This document shows positions 11,698 to 22,738 of a DNA stretch of 64,000 bases, piece after piece. The DNA is taken from positions 416,001 to 480,000 of the forward strand of contig OZ219786.1 in the NCBI GenBank assembly GCA_964291285.2. The letters are read 5' to 3'. Both the position numbers and the translations under genes were made by a program. Each line of letters opens with the position of its first letter. Position 1 is the first letter of the stretch. The stretch is from Alphaproteobacteria bacterium (GTDB taxonomy: Bacteria > Pseudomonadota > Alphaproteobacteria > Bin95). Under the pieces are notes generated by a model. That model made no database searches, was not told where the DNA came from, and saw nothing but the letters and a program-made list of their open reading frames with translations.

Positions 11698-12024
11698 ATG
11701 CAGGCGGCAATCGCACCGCGCGGCGACGCGCGCACCTATCTCATCCACTTCGTCGGCGGCGGTCTCGAGGACGACCGTTATGTCGTGGAGCGGTTCCACT
11801 CGCTCGCGAATGGCGAGATCGTTCCCGTCCAGTCCGGCGGCACGGCACACAAGGGCCGTCGCAAGGCCCGGGGCACGATCGTCACCGCGAAGGCGCTTGA
11901 GGAGATGCGTCCGGCCCGGGACGAGATCATCATCGCGACGGGGGTCAGACTGCGGCATTGCGGGGTGCAGCTGTGGGGCTGGCGCAGCCTCGGGATCTTC
12001 GCCGACCGCCGCCAGCGCGGCTGA
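11698..12024 (+). CDS. Unknown protein family X, copy 1 (108 aa)
   Basis: RBS GAAGGAG. Shares GLxDxxYVVER and RPARxEI with 28596 and 53622. Confidence 0.75.
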   Translation: MQAAIAPRGDARTYLIHFVGGGLEDDRYVVERFHSLANGEIVPVQSGGTAHKGRRKARGTIVTAKALEEMRPARDEIIIATGVRLRHCGVQLWGWRSLGIFADRRQRG

Positions 12025-12110
12025 CCGCCCGCCTCGCCGGACGTCCGGCCGGCCCGCCGCCGGCCGGGCGTCTCCCGCCCGACCCCGCACCATCGACGAG
12101 GAGAATGGCC

Positions 12111-13097
12111 ATGGCTTGCCGGGACCCGGAAGTCCACAAGGCCCGCGAGCGCGAGCGTATCGCCCAAGGCCTGTGCCCGCGCTGTGGCAAGGTCCCGCCC
12201 GCACCGGGTCGCAGCGTCTGCGCCGGGTGCTCCGCGAAACGCAGCCGCGCCCGCGATGCCCGTCTGCACGCCGCGGGCACACCGCGAAGGGACCCCGAAA
12301 CCGTCCGGCAGTCCGAGCGCCAGCGCACCCGCAGCAAGAGGGAACAAAGGGCCGCCAAAGGCCTCTGCACCCGCTGCGGCAATGCGCCGGCCGCCGATGG
12401 CCGCGCGTCCTGCGAGCCGTGCCTGGAGAAGCGCCGGGCAGCCGACCGCGCGAAATACGCCGCCGGGAAAGCCGCCGGCCTCAGGTATGGCGGGGCCGAT
12501 GCCGAAGCCAAAAGGCGCGCCGCCCGGGCGAAGAGCAAGCGCCGCCAGAAAGCCCGGATCGAGACGGGACTCTGTATCCGCTGCGGCAGGCAGCCCCCTG
12601 CCGGGGGCGGAACCACCTGCCAGCCCTGCCGGGACAGGAGGCAGGCGGCGGAACGCCGGAAATACCGGGACCGGCGCCAGGCCGGGCTCTGCACCCGGTG
12701 CGGCGCCGCCGTCCATGACGGTCTGTCGCGCTGCGCTGCGTGTGCCGCCATCGAGGAGGCCAGCCACGACCCGGAGCGCAAGAACGCGCGCTAGCGGCAG
12801 TTGTACGCCCGACGCCGGGCCGCCGGCCTGTGCACGGCCTGCGGGGCGCCGTCACAGGGGGCGGCGCGCTGTGCGCCCTGTGCCGAGAGGTCGTATCACG
12901 GCTCGGCGCATTTCAGGGGCATCCCGGTCCACGAGCCGGTCTGGACCGTGATCGAACTGGAGACCGGCCGCGAGCACGGTCCGTTCGACGATCCGGCCGA
13001 TGTCGCCCTCTGCCTCGCCTTCGGGAAGCTCGACCGCAACCGCGTCGAGATCGTCGCCGACGCCCCCGTCACCGCCTCCTTCACCGCCTGGACCTGA
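12111..13097 (+). pseudogene. CxxC-CxxC repeat protein, copy 1 (5 units), in-frame TAG at 12792-12794
   Basis: GLCxxCG...CxxC units; conserved C-terminal RGIP...TVIE...HG...LAFGKL...VEIVADA domain continues in frame after the stop. Confidence 0.75.
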
Positions 13098-13287
13098 CCT
13101 GCTGTCCCGGGCGGCGATGGCGGCGCTTGCCTGGCCGCGATCCGCCGCGCCGTCCCTGTGTCGTGGAGAGGAGTGAAGCGTCTGCCGGGCGAGTGTCCGG
13201 CAGGGCGGAGGAGAGGACTCTCCGCCGATGCCGGATCGATGTCCGGCACAGGTCGCCGGCAGGGCAACGGCAAAGGAGACCCCGCCC

Positions 13288-13551
13288 ATGTTTCATCCCG
13301 ATACATCCCTCGACCTTCCGCTCGGCTGCGACCTGCTCGCCGAACTCGGCGTCGACCGCCGCACCGTCCGCGAGATCGCCGGGGACGAGCGCGCCATCCG
13401 CTGCCCCGACAGGGGCGCGGCCTGTCCGGTGCACGGCTTCGCGAGCCTCTTCCCGGAACCGGCGTTCGGGATGTCCCTCCAGGACCCGGCGGAGCCCCGG
13501 AACCCGGCGGCACCGCTCCCTCCGGCGAACCGGAGGTGGAGGAGGGCCTGA
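13288..13551 (+). CDS. Hypothetical protein
   Basis: RBS AAAGGAG, ATG, co-oriented with neighbours. Confidence 0.4.
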   Translation: MFHPDTSLDLPLGCDLLAELGVDRRTVREIAGDERAIRCPDRGAACPVHGFASLFPEPAFGMSLQDPAEPRNPAAPLPPANRRWRRA

Positions 13552-13645
13552 AGAGATTGAACGGTCGGGGGTTCGGGGGAGTGACCCCGGCCCCGTCCGT
13601 TCGCAACCCACCGTCATCGACCAGAACCCATGAAGGAGATTCCCC

Positions 13646-14095
13646 ATGGCCTTCGGATTGAACCGCGCGGAACTGATCGGCCGCCTCGGCGCCGACGTGA
13701 CCGTCAACCACCTCCAGAGCGGCGGCCGCGTCGCCAATCTCTCCATAGCGACCGACTAGTCGTATATCGACGCCAAGACCGGCGAGCGGCAGGACCGCAC
13801 CGAGTGGCATCGCATCGTCACCTTCCAGGACGGGCTGATCGACATGCTCGCCAAGCACGCCACGAAGGGCCGGCTGGTCTACATCGACGGCAAGCTCCAG
13901 ACCCGGCGCTGGTCGAAGCCGGGCGAGGACTCCGACCGCTTCTCGACCGAGATCCTGCTCGTGCCCGGCGGGCGCGTCCAGTTCCTCGACAAGCCGAACG
14001 GCAACGCCGCGCAGCCCGGCCCGGACGCGGCGGGCGGCGCCGGCTCCGCGCCGACCGGCGCCGATCCGATGGATGGGGACCATATCCCGTTCTAG
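13646..14095 (+). pseudogene. ssb: Single-stranded DNA-binding protein with in-frame TAG at 13757-13759
   Basis: LNRAELIGRLGAD...SIATD*SY...TEWHRIV...GKLQTRRW...GDHIPF. Confidence 0.88.
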
Positions 14096-14277
14096 AGCTT
14101 CCCGTTCTTCCCTCCCCACAGGGCCGGCGCCTCGCGCGCCGACCCTTTTCTCATGCGAGCAGGTTCGAGTCTCGCCGCGGCGCATACGGGAGTGGGAGCG
14201 AGGCTGGAAAGCGGGTGAACCGCGCGAGGAGGAGAGGGAGCCCGCTCGCGCACCCGTCACGCGACCCGGAGAACCCG

Positions 14278-14505
14278 ATGAGCACCATCTCCTTTCGCCG
14301 CATCGCCCCCGACGAATCCCGCATCTACCGGGACGGCGACCATGTCGGCGACATCCACGCCTTCGACGACAGCATCCGGCCGGGGCGCAGGGTGTTCGCC
14401 ATACATCTCGACGAGGACCCGCGCGGGCCGGTGTATCTCCACGACCGCACCCGCATCCGCGAGACCGCCCGGCAGCGGGTCGACTCCCATCCCCTGTGGG
14501 GTTGA
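14278..14505 (+). CDS. Hypothetical protein (75 aa)
   Basis: RBS GGAG; MSTISFRRIAPDESRIY...; coding-like codon usage. Confidence 0.6.
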   Translation: MSTISFRRIAPDESRIYRDGDHVGDIHAFDDSIRPGRRVFAIHLDEDPRGPVYLHDRTRIRETARQRVDSHPLWG

Positions 14506-14897
14506 CGCAAGGGCGGGCAACGGCGCCTCCCGCTCCGGCGCCGTGCCGGCCGAACCGCCGATGGGGTCCGTGCAGGGCGAGAGAAATACGCCACCCCGCT
14601 GTGATCTCCAATCGTGTCACACGTGCTCCCTCCGCCAACCCCGCCGCAGGCGGGGTCCTCCACTCCGCTCGCGCTCCGTTCCGGCCGGGACTCGGAATGA
14701 AACGGCGCAAGCGCCTGGGCCTGACGGCATGCGCGACCGTGGCTCCGCACTCGCTGCGCTCGCTTGTGCGCCCGCACCACTCGCGCATCCCGCCAGGCCG
14801 TTCATTCCGGCCCCGGTGGCTGCGGTCCGCGCGCGTGTCCCGACAGGACATCACAACGGGGATCGGCCCCGAACGTGAAAACCGAAAGGAAAACGAC

Positions 14898-15824
14898 ATG
14901 ACCTTCCATACCGACGCCATCAAGACCGCCGCGCAGTCCGCAACCGCGATCGTCTGCGACAACGCCGCACTCTTCGGCGCAACCCCCGAGCGCGACGAGT
15001 TCGATACCCGCGATGTCTGGGACGAGGACGATGCCATCGCCGCCGTCGCCGAAGCCTTCCGCATCCTCAGCCAGGGCGTCGCGCCCGATGGCTACCAGAT
15101 GGCAGACGAACGCGAACACCTCCTCTGGGGCTTCGTCAACATGCTCCACGCCCAGACACAGCGCCTCGACCGCAGCGTCGACAAGCTCACCCCCGAACTC
15201 CAGGACCTCCAGCGCACCCAGGACGGCTCCGAGATCAGGTCGCTGGAACTGGAACTCACGACCGACCGCGCACAGTGCCTCTCCGACCGACGCGACGCCT
15301 TCGAGACTCTCCGCGACGAGGCCGCCGAAGCCTACCGCGCAGACACCGGAGACACATGGCGGCCCCGGCGCGGCAGCCACGCCAGCCAGACCGGACATCT
15401 GACCTCCGCAGCCATCGACGCCCGCGACTTCGTCCGCGCCCGCAAGGACCGCAAGACACAGGCTCACCTGCCCCAGGGAACCCTCGTCGCCATCGCAGGC
15501 GGAAAGGACATCGCAAACCCGGCGGCAGTCATCGAGCGCCTCGACAAGGTCCGCGCCAGGTATGCCGACCTCGTCCTCGTGCATGGCGGCGGTCCCGGCG
15601 TCGAGAAGATCGCCGCAAGCTGGGCAGAGCGCAACGGCGTCCACCAGGTCGTCTGCAAGCCCGACTGGGACCGCCACGGTCGCGCCGCACCCTTCCGCCG
15701 CAACGACGAACTGCTCAACCTCCTGCCCAAGGGCGTCATCGCCTTCCCCGGCTCCGGCATCACCGAAAACCTCGTCGACAAGGCCCGCAGCCTCGGCATC
15801 CCGGTCATGCGCTGCGCCGCCTGA
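14898..15824 (+). CDS. DUF2493 (SLOG/YspA-like) domain protein
   Basis: VAIAGG, LVHGGGPGVEKIAASWA, AAPFRRND, AFPGSGIT. Confidence 0.8.
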   Translation: MTFHTDAIKTAAQSATAIVCDNAALFGATPERDEFDTRDVWDEDDAIAAVAEAFRILSQGVAPDGYQMADEREHLLWGFVNMLHAQTQRLDRSVDKLTPELQDLQRTQDGSEIRSLELELTTDRAQCLSDRRDAFETLRDEAAEAYRADTGDTWRPRRGSHASQTGHLTSAAIDARDFVRARKDRKTQAHLPQGTLVAIAGGKDIANPAAVIERLDKVRARYADLVLVHGGGPGVEKIAASWAERNGVHQVVCKPDWDRHGRAAPFRRNDELLNLLPKGVIAFPGSGITENLVDKARSLGIPVMRCAA

Positions 15825-16925
15825 CACGCAGCACCCACGGGCCGCGTCGTCTCCGCTCCGGCGGCGGCGCGGTCCGTCTCCGTATGCGCACACCCGTCGC
15901 GCTGCGCCGCCGACACCCGTCGCGCTGCGCCGCCGACACCTCGCGCGCGCTTCGCGCCGCGTTCGTGCGGAGTCTGCCCCGGACTGCGGTCCGGGGATGC
16001 CGCATCACGCGCCGCTGCACCATGCTTCGCATGGGTGCATCGCGGGCTGCGCCGAACCCGGCGCAGGGCCGCCGGCACTGCTGACCCGCCCACTGCCGGC
16101 GCTGCTGCCGGACCGGCACGACACCGTGCTTCGCACCGCTGCCCGCAGTCGTGCAGGTGCCGCCGTCGGCGCCTCCGATCGCAACGGCTATCGCAACCGT
16201 CACCGCACCCGCGCGGCTGACGCCGCGGTAACGGGTGCGCCATCCCCGGCTGCGTCTGGCGGCAATGTGTGAGCAGCACGCGATCACCCTGAACAGCCCC
16301 GCTTTCGTCCAGCACGCCTGTATCGCGGTAACATGTGCGCGGCGTCCTTCGGCTCCGCGGAACATGTGCGGCGGCGCCCGTGTCGCCGGGGTAACGCCGC
16401 CGGCTCCGGTGCGCCATGTGTGAAGACTGCCCTCCGCCGTTTGCACGCCGCGCCGCGTTCTGTTACCTCTGCGACCGAACGACAACGCGGAACGCGCCCG
16501 AAGATCGCGGACCGGTCGTCTCGCTCAATCGCCGCGACGGCTCCCGTCCCTTGTGACGCCGGCGTTTCAGGCGATGGTGGTGTGCAGGGCGACCTCGCCC
16601 GATCTCGACTCCGTTCGGAGTTTTACCGTCACACCCGACTCACCTGAAGGTGAAGGTATGCCAGGCGCGCGCCTGACCGCTCTCCGCTGCGATTTCAACG
16701 CCTCGTGACGACACAGCGTTGTTGGGCCGAGTGTATGCCCGAAGCATACTTGCGTAACACAATCCGTGTTCGGCAAACCGTTTCAATGACTTGCGCGCAG
16801 TCAATCTGACTGCTCGCTCCGGTTCTCCAAGGTTCGCAAATTTCCTTGATCCTGAAAAGCACTCAGATTGACTGTGCGCTGGGCTACGCCCGCCATTGAA
16901 AGCAGTCAGATTGACTGCATGGGTC

Positions 16926-18365
16926 GTGCCCCCAGGCGTGGTGTAGGAGCTGGAGCCACCATCGGTAGCTGTGGGTAAGTGGCCCGCCGCCGCGACCGTC
17001 TGGAGTCTGGCGGCGGCGGGCCACTTATCCATAGCGGATGGCCATCGCGGTGCCGGTAGGGTTGGGCTTCCACAGTCCATCCGACCGGAGGAGTACCACG
17101 ATGACCACCACCGACATGATGACCCTGCGGGCGCTGTTGGAGAAGAGTTCCGACGCCGATCTGCTTCGCGAGATGATCGGGTTCACGGCCGCGCGTCTGA
17201 TGGCGCTTGAGGTTGAGGGCCTTGCGGGCGCCGGGCACGGCGAGCGTTCGCCGGACCGGATCACGCACCGCAACGGCTACCGCGACCGGGTCTGGGAGAC
17301 GCGCGCCGGCACGGTCGAGCTGAAGATCCCGAAGCTGCGCAAGGGGAGCTACTTCCCGGGCTTCCTTGAGCCGCGGCGGATGGCGGAGAAGGCGCTGACG
17401 GCGGTGATCCAGGAGGCCTACATCAAGGGCGTATCCACCCGCTCGGTCGACGACCTGGTGCAGGCGATGGGCATGTCGGGCATCTCCAAGAGCCAGGTGT
17501 CCAGGCTGTGCGGCGAGATCGACGACAAGATCCGCGACTTCCTCGACCGGCCGCTGGAGGGCGACTGGCCGTATCTGTGGCTGGACGCGACCTATGTGAA
17601 GATGCGCGAGGCCGGGCGCATCGTCTCGGTCGCGGTCACCATCGCGGTGGCGGTCAACGACCAGGGCCGGCGCGAGGTGCTCGGCATGGCGATCGGCGCG
17701 TCCGAGGCCGAGACCTTCTGGACCGACTTCCTGCGCTCGCTCGCCCGGCGCGGCCTGCGCGGCGTCAAGCTGGTGATCTCCGACGACCACAAGGGCCTGA
17801 AGGCCGCCGCGACCCGCATCCTCGGCGCCACATGGCAGAGATGCCGCGTGCATTTCATGCGCAACCTGCTCGCCCATGCCGGCAAGCAGGGCCGGCGCGT
17901 CGTCTCCGCCTTCGTCACCACCGCCTTCGCCCAGGAGGATGCAGACAGCGCCTCCGCCCAGTGGCGCCAGGTCGCCGACCAGCTCAGGCCCAAGGCGCCG
18001 AAGCTCGCCGCCATCATGGACGAGGCCGAGCACGATGTTCTCGCCTACATGACCTTCCCGGCCGCGCATCGCGCCAAGCTGCACTCCACAAACCCGCTCG
18101 AACGCCTCCATGGCGAGATCAAGCGGCGCACCAACACCGTCGGCATCTTCCCCAACGAGAACGCCATCACCCGCCTGATCGGTGCCATCCTGCTCGAGCA
18201 GAACGACGAATGGGCCGTCCAGAGAGCCAGATACGTAACGCTGGAATCCATCGCTCCCGTGAGCGACAATGCAACCGTCAAGCTGCCCGCCGTGGCAGCC
18301 TGAGCCTACCGGCCCTACCCGCCGGACACCGCCACGGGCGCCAGGCTCTTACACCACGGCCGCAC
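16926..18365 (+). mobile_element. IS256-family element (ends approximate)
   Basis: IR-like GGCGTGGTGTAGGAGC / GCTCTTACACCACGGCC around the transposase. Confidence 0.75.
17101..18303 (+). CDS. IS256 transposase
   Basis: [40 protein letters not shown]. Confidence 0.95.
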   Translation: MTTTDMMTLRALLEKSSDADLLREMIGFTAARLMALEVEGLAGAGHGERSPDRITHRNGYRDRVWETRAGTVELKIPKLRKGSYFPGFLEPRRMAEKALTAVIQEAYIKGVSTRSVDDLVQAMGMSGISKSQVSRLCGEIDDKIRDFLDRPLEGDWPYLWLDATYVKMREAGRIVSVAVTIAVAVNDQGRREVLGMAIGASEAETFWTDFLRSLARRGLRGVKLVISDDHKGLKAAATRILGATWQRCRVHFMRNLLAHAGKQGRRVVSAFVTTAFAQEDADSASAQWRQVADQLRPKAPKLAAIMDEAEHDVLAYMTFPAAHRAKLHSTNPLERLHGEIKRRTNTVGIFPNENAITRLIGAILLEQNDEWAVQRARYVTLESIAPVSDNATVKLPAVAA

Positions 18366-18479
18366 CTGCCGGTGCTAACTATCTGACATAGCGTCGTTTT
18401 TTCTCCCGAAATGCAGCGGTCGGGCAAGCGGGTCGCAAGGGCCCGTTCCCCGGCTGCAACCGGAGCCGGGAGAAACGCA

Positions 18480-19604
18480 ATGGCGAAGACTACCCTTACC
18501 GAGGCGCGCGTGAAGGCGCTCAAGCCCCGCAGGTCCGTCCGCGAGGTCCGCGACGGCAGGCTCAGGGGGTTCGGCGTCCGTGTGTCGCCCTCGGGCCGCA
18601 AGCAGTTCTTCATCCACTGCCAGCATCGCGGCGTGCGTATCTGGAAGATCGTCGGCGACGCCGGGTCGATGAGCGTCACGGACGCGCGGTCTGCGGCTGC
18701 GGACATGCTTGCCGCGATCAGGCGCGGCGGGGAGGCGCCGCTCACGCCGGACGAGACGCTCTTCGAAGCCGTCGCCGAAACCGTGTTCGAGCGCCATGCA
18801 AGGCTCTGGAAGGCCGGAACGCTCGCTGTCAACCGCAGCTATCTGCGCAACCGGCTTCTGCCGCATTTCGCCGGGCGTCCGGTTGCCGCCATCGACCGGC
18901 AGGAGGTAAGGAACTGGTTCGCCCGCCTGCGCGCGACGCCGGTGGCGGCGGACCGGTCGATGCCGGTGCTGTCCGTCATCATGAGGGAGGCGGAGGCCAT
19001 GGGCCTGCGCCCGGAAGGGTCCAACCCCTGCCGGGGCATCCGCCGCTACCGCCGCAAGGGCCGCGAGCGGTTCCTCCCGGACGAGGAAATCCGCCGCCTG
19101 TCCGCGCGGCTCAAGGCGCATGAGGCCCGCTGGCCGCAGCATGTCGCCGTCATCCGCCTGCTGCTGCTGACCGGCTGCCGCAAGGGCGAGATCCTCACCC
19201 TGCAATGGTCCGACTACCGGGAAGGCCGCCTGTTTCTTCGCGACTCCAAGACGGGGCCGAGGACAGTCTGGCTGTCGGAGCCGGCCCGGGCCGTTCTCGA
19301 CGGCCTTGAGCGGGAAGGCCGCCATGTGTTCCCGGCCCCGGATAGCGACCGGCCCCGGAGCGGAAGCTGGCTGGACCACTTCTGGCGCAGGGTCCGCGCC
19401 GAGGCAGACCTGGAGGACGCCCGCCTTCACGATTTGCGCCATACGCATGCGAGCCTTGCCCTCCGGCAGGGCGTGACGGTGCTCGCCATCGGCCGGTTGC
19501 TGGGCCACCGCAGGCCGGAAACCACGCTGAAATATACCCATGTCGCCGACGCCATGGTGCAGGACGCTGTCGAGACGGTCGGCGCCGTGCTGGAGGCAGA
19601 CTGA
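18480..19604 (+). CDS. Tyrosine recombinase/integrase with arm-binding N-terminus
   Basis: TGCRKGE, HDLRH, LLGH, TTLKY. Confidence 0.92.
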   Translation: MAKTTLTEARVKALKPRRSVREVRDGRLRGFGVRVSPSGRKQFFIHCQHRGVRIWKIVGDAGSMSVTDARSAAADMLAAIRRGGEAPLTPDETLFEAVAETVFERHARLWKAGTLAVNRSYLRNRLLPHFAGRPVAAIDRQEVRNWFARLRATPVAADRSMPVLSVIMREAEAMGLRPEGSNPCRGIRRYRRKGRERFLPDEEIRRLSARLKAHEARWPQHVAVIRLLLLTGCRKGEILTLQWSDYREGRLFLRDSKTGPRTVWLSEPARAVLDGLEREGRHVFPAPDSDRPRSGSWLDHFWRRVRAEADLEDARLHDLRHTHASLALRQGVTVLAIGRLLGHRRPETTLKYTHVADAMVQDAVETVGAVLEAD

Positions 19605-20794
19605 TGGCGGGCCGGGAACGGATGAAGCTGACCGACGCCGCCGTCGCCCGTCTCCGCCCCCGCGAGCGGGAATATACGGTCCGGGACACGCGCATCGCCG
19701 GCCTCGGCGTCCGGGTGCGGCCCGCCGGCGGGCGCAGCTGGGTGCTGCTGCTCGACAGCGGCGGGCGCACCAGGCGCGTCTCGCTCGGCCCGGTCGGCGT
19801 GAAGAGCGCCGCCGAAGCCCGCCGGGAGGCTCTTGAACGCCAGGCGGCCCCGCAGCCGGAGGAGACTGCCAAACCGCCCGGCGCGGTCCCGCTGTTCCGG
19901 GATTTCGTCGCCGGCCCGTGGAAGGAGGCCCATTTCAACCGCTGCAAGCCGTCGGGCCAGCAAACCGCGTCCGGGATACTCCGGCGACAATTGCTTCCGG
20001 CATTCGGCTCGAAGCCGCTCGACCGCATTTCCCCGGCCCATGTCCGGCAGTGGTTCGACCGCTACAGCCGGACCGCGCCCGGCGGCGCCAACCGCGCCCT
20101 CGACATCCTGCAGCAGATCATGACCTTCGCCGCCGCCTGCGGCCACATCGAAGTCAATCCGGCCAAGGGCACAAGAAGGAACCGCCGCCCGGCGCTCATG
20201 CGGTTCCTGTCCCGCGAGGAACTCGCACGCCTGCACAGTGTTCTGGACGCGCAGACCCGAAGCCGCGACAGGCAGCAGGCCGACATCGTCCGGCTGCTGC
20301 TGTTCACCGGTTGCCGCAGGGGCGAGATCACGGGCCTGCGATGGTCGGAAGTTCGCGAGGACATGCTGGCCCTCTCGGACAGCAAGACGGGGCCGAGGAC
20401 GGTCCCGCTCGGCAGCCGGGCGCGGCGCATCCTCGACCGGCAGCCGCGCACGGGCAGCGCGTTCGTGTTTCCCTCGCCGCGCGACCCCGCCCGCCCGCGC
20501 AGCCCCGACCTGCCGCTCTGGTACCGCGTCAGACGCGAAGCCGGCATCGGGGATGTGCGCCTTCATGACCTGCGCCATACCATGGCCAGCCATGCCGTCA
20601 TGAACGGCGTGCCGGTCCCGGTCGTCTCCCGCCTGCTCGGCCATTCCGATGTGCGCATGACGCTGCGCTACGCCCATCTCGCCGACCGCGACATCGAAGC
20701 TGCGGCCGAGCGGGTGGGCAAGGCGATGGCGCGGACCATGACGGGCGAACCGGACAGCGCCGGTGACGGCCGGGCAACCGCGACCGATTCCTGA
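19604..20794 (+). CDS. Second tyrosine recombinase/integrase, coupled to the first
   Basis: TGCRRGE, HDLRH, LLGH, MTLRY; TGATG overlap. Confidence 0.92.
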   Translation: MAGRERMKLTDAAVARLRPREREYTVRDTRIAGLGVRVRPAGGRSWVLLLDSGGRTRRVSLGPVGVKSAAEARREALERQAAPQPEETAKPPGAVPLFRDFVAGPWKEAHFNRCKPSGQQTASGILRRQLLPAFGSKPLDRISPAHVRQWFDRYSRTAPGGANRALDILQQIMTFAAACGHIEVNPAKGTRRNRRPALMRFLSREELARLHSVLDAQTRSRDRQQADIVRLLLFTGCRRGEITGLRWSEVREDMLALSDSKTGPRTVPLGSRARRILDRQPRTGSAFVFPSPRDPARPRSPDLPLWYRVRREAGIGDVRLHDLRHTMASHAVMNGVPVPVVSRLLGHSDVRMTLRYAHLADRDIEAAAERVGKAMARTMTGEPDSAGDGRATATDS

Positions 20795-21108
20795 CAATGC
20801 CGCTGTGCGGTTCCGCTCGCGCTCGAAAATCAACCGCCGCCCTCGCCTCAACACGCCACAGCACAACACCGACCGGACGCGAACCCCCATCTCCTGCTGC
20901 CGAAAAAGCACCACAGCCGCACCGCAGCGCAAATTTCTGCATTGCATGACGCCGCGCGCCGGGTTAGAGGTTTCGGGCCATCGCAGCGGCGGGTGTATCC
21001 AGACTTGACTTCAGCGTCTCGAACACGGTGTAGAATACGCCTCGCGCCTCGCCCCCCGCGACTTCGCCCGCAGCCTGATGGGACTGGAGTGAGGGGTGGA
21101 AGCCGCGA

Positions 21109-21909
21109 ATGCAGGACAGATATACGGGAGACATCGGCGACTACGCAAAATACAGTCTGCTTCGCGCGCTTTCCTACGGATCGAAGCTGGGCGTGGCCTG
21201 GTATCTTTTCCCCGACGAAGAAGAGAAGAAAGACGGAAAACACACAGGTTATCTATGCAACGCGAAGAAATGGCGAGATTGCGATAGGGAGACATTCGAC
21301 AGGCTCTACAGGCTCGTAAAATCTGGAAATCGCAGCGTCCGGGCAGTTGAAAGCTCCGATCTTCTCGCGGATGCCGTCTTTTCGGATGGGAAATTGGATT
21401 TCCACGGATGCAAGCAGCACGAACAAGGGACATGGAGGAAGAAGTGGTTTCGTAAAACCAGGAGGGATTTGCAAGATTGCGATTTGGTCTTTGCCGATCC
21501 CGACAACGGCCTCATTGAGCAGGAGTCGTTTCGACCCGGTCGCAGAAGGCACGGAAAGGGAATTCCCGAATGCGAAATAGCGGCGTTATCAGAAGGAGGG
21601 AGGCCCGTAATCCTCTACCATCACAACAGCCGACGTAAAGGAGGCCATGCCGAGGAGGTATGCCACTGGCAACGACGGCTTGAGGAAGGGCTCGGTAGCA
21701 GAACCTGTGCGGTTCGTTGGCGGTACGTATCGCCTCGAACATTCTTCATGGTCAACTGCAATTGCGAATTGCAGTGGCGCGCAAAGCAATGGTGCAACCG
21801 GTGGAAGGATAAGGACAAGGTGTTCTTGGTCGATTCCCCCGGAATCGCGAAAGAGTCCACGGACCGGAAGCAGGGGACGACCGCGATTTATCCTAAATCC
21901 GGCATTTGA
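21109..21909 (+). CDS. Hypothetical protein, possible SAM-methyltransferase-like fold; stop lies inside the IS1380 end
   Basis: MQDRYTGDIGDYAK...DLVFADPDNG; visibly lower GC than its neighbours. Confidence 0.6.
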   Translation: MQDRYTGDIGDYAKYSLLRALSYGSKLGVAWYLFPDEEEKKDGKHTGYLCNAKKWRDCDRETFDRLYRLVKSGNRSVRAVESSDLLADAVFSDGKLDFHGCKQHEQGTWRKKWFRKTRRDLQDCDLVFADPDNGLIEQESFRPGRRRHGKGIPECEIAALSEGGRPVILYHHNSRRKGGHAEEVCHWQRRLEEGLGSRTCAVRWRYVSPRTFFMVNCNCELQWRAKQWCNRWKDKDKVFLVDSPGIAKESTDRKQGTTAIYPKSGI

Positions 21910-22669
21910 CGGGCTTGATCGCTGTCTCGGGGTAGTGTGAACGGTGGGATTTGGGCGTGGATTTCAGCCTGTGGGCGCGGTCCTGGGTGGCGGCAGCCAG
22001 GGTTGACGCCCCGGTTCGCGGCCATGGAGGTATTTCCTGAGCGCCTCGGCGAGGATCCGGCGCCAGCGGTCCCCGGTGCTCAACTGCTCCGCAGTTTGCG
22101 TCAGCGACCGGAAGAAGCCGGCGATCCGGCGCAGCGCCGCCATCACCGTCTTGCGACGCCCGTGATGGGAGGTCACCGTCAGCCGGGTCTGGCCGGCGTG
22201 GTGGGTCTGGCGGGCAACCCCGTGCAGGAGCAGCGGCCGGCTGGTGATCGCCTCGCGGTGATGGTCGGGGTCGGCGAGGCGCACGAACAGGCTCCACCAG
22301 TTGTAGATGAGCGCGACCAGCCGGGCCATGTGCCGGCAGCGCGTCAGGTCGCGCGTGGTGAAGCCGCCCCAGCCCCACTGGTTCTTCAACTCGTCGAAGC
22401 CGTTCTCCGCGTCCGCCCGGTCGCGGTAGAGCTGGGCCAGCGAGCGCACCTCCAGGTCCAGCGAGGTGGCGAGGATCGCAAACTCCCACAGCTTGGCGTC
22501 AGGCTGCCCATCGACCCAGAACAGATCGCCCTGGCCGTCATCGCGGCGCGTCAGCGCCAGAGGCCCGCGAAGCCGCCGGCGCAGCACCACAACCCGGCGC
22601 GTCCGGCTCCAGCCCTGCAGACGCAGATCGGCCCCGATCCCCGACCAGCCCTGGCCTGCATCCTCCCAG
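21892..22669 (-). mobile_element. IS1380 partial copy (3' half)
   Basis: IR CCTAAATCCGGC at 21892; transposase C-terminus; cut by an IS21 end. Confidence 0.85.
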
Positions 22670-22738
22670 TGTTAGCGACGGTTACAGAGCGCGCCTATTC
22701 GCTGACATTTTTCGGCCGGTTGCGGTTTTTCAGTTGAT
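22670..22738. mobile_element. Isolated IS21-type end
   Basis: Near-identical to 5955-6023. Confidence 0.8.

Noticed and set aside
9531-13759. Amber recoding suggested by in-frame TAGs in IS1380, the Zn-repeat gene and ssb
   Set aside because: TAG is a true terminal stop elsewhere (14093, 43500, 53310, 56759), and the interrupted positions imply different residues (probably Tyr and Glu). Nonsense mutations explain it better.
15890-15940. 23-bp tandem duplication ACACCCGTCGCGCTGCGCCGCCG
   Set aside because: Only two adjacent copies with no spacer; looks like simple slippage.
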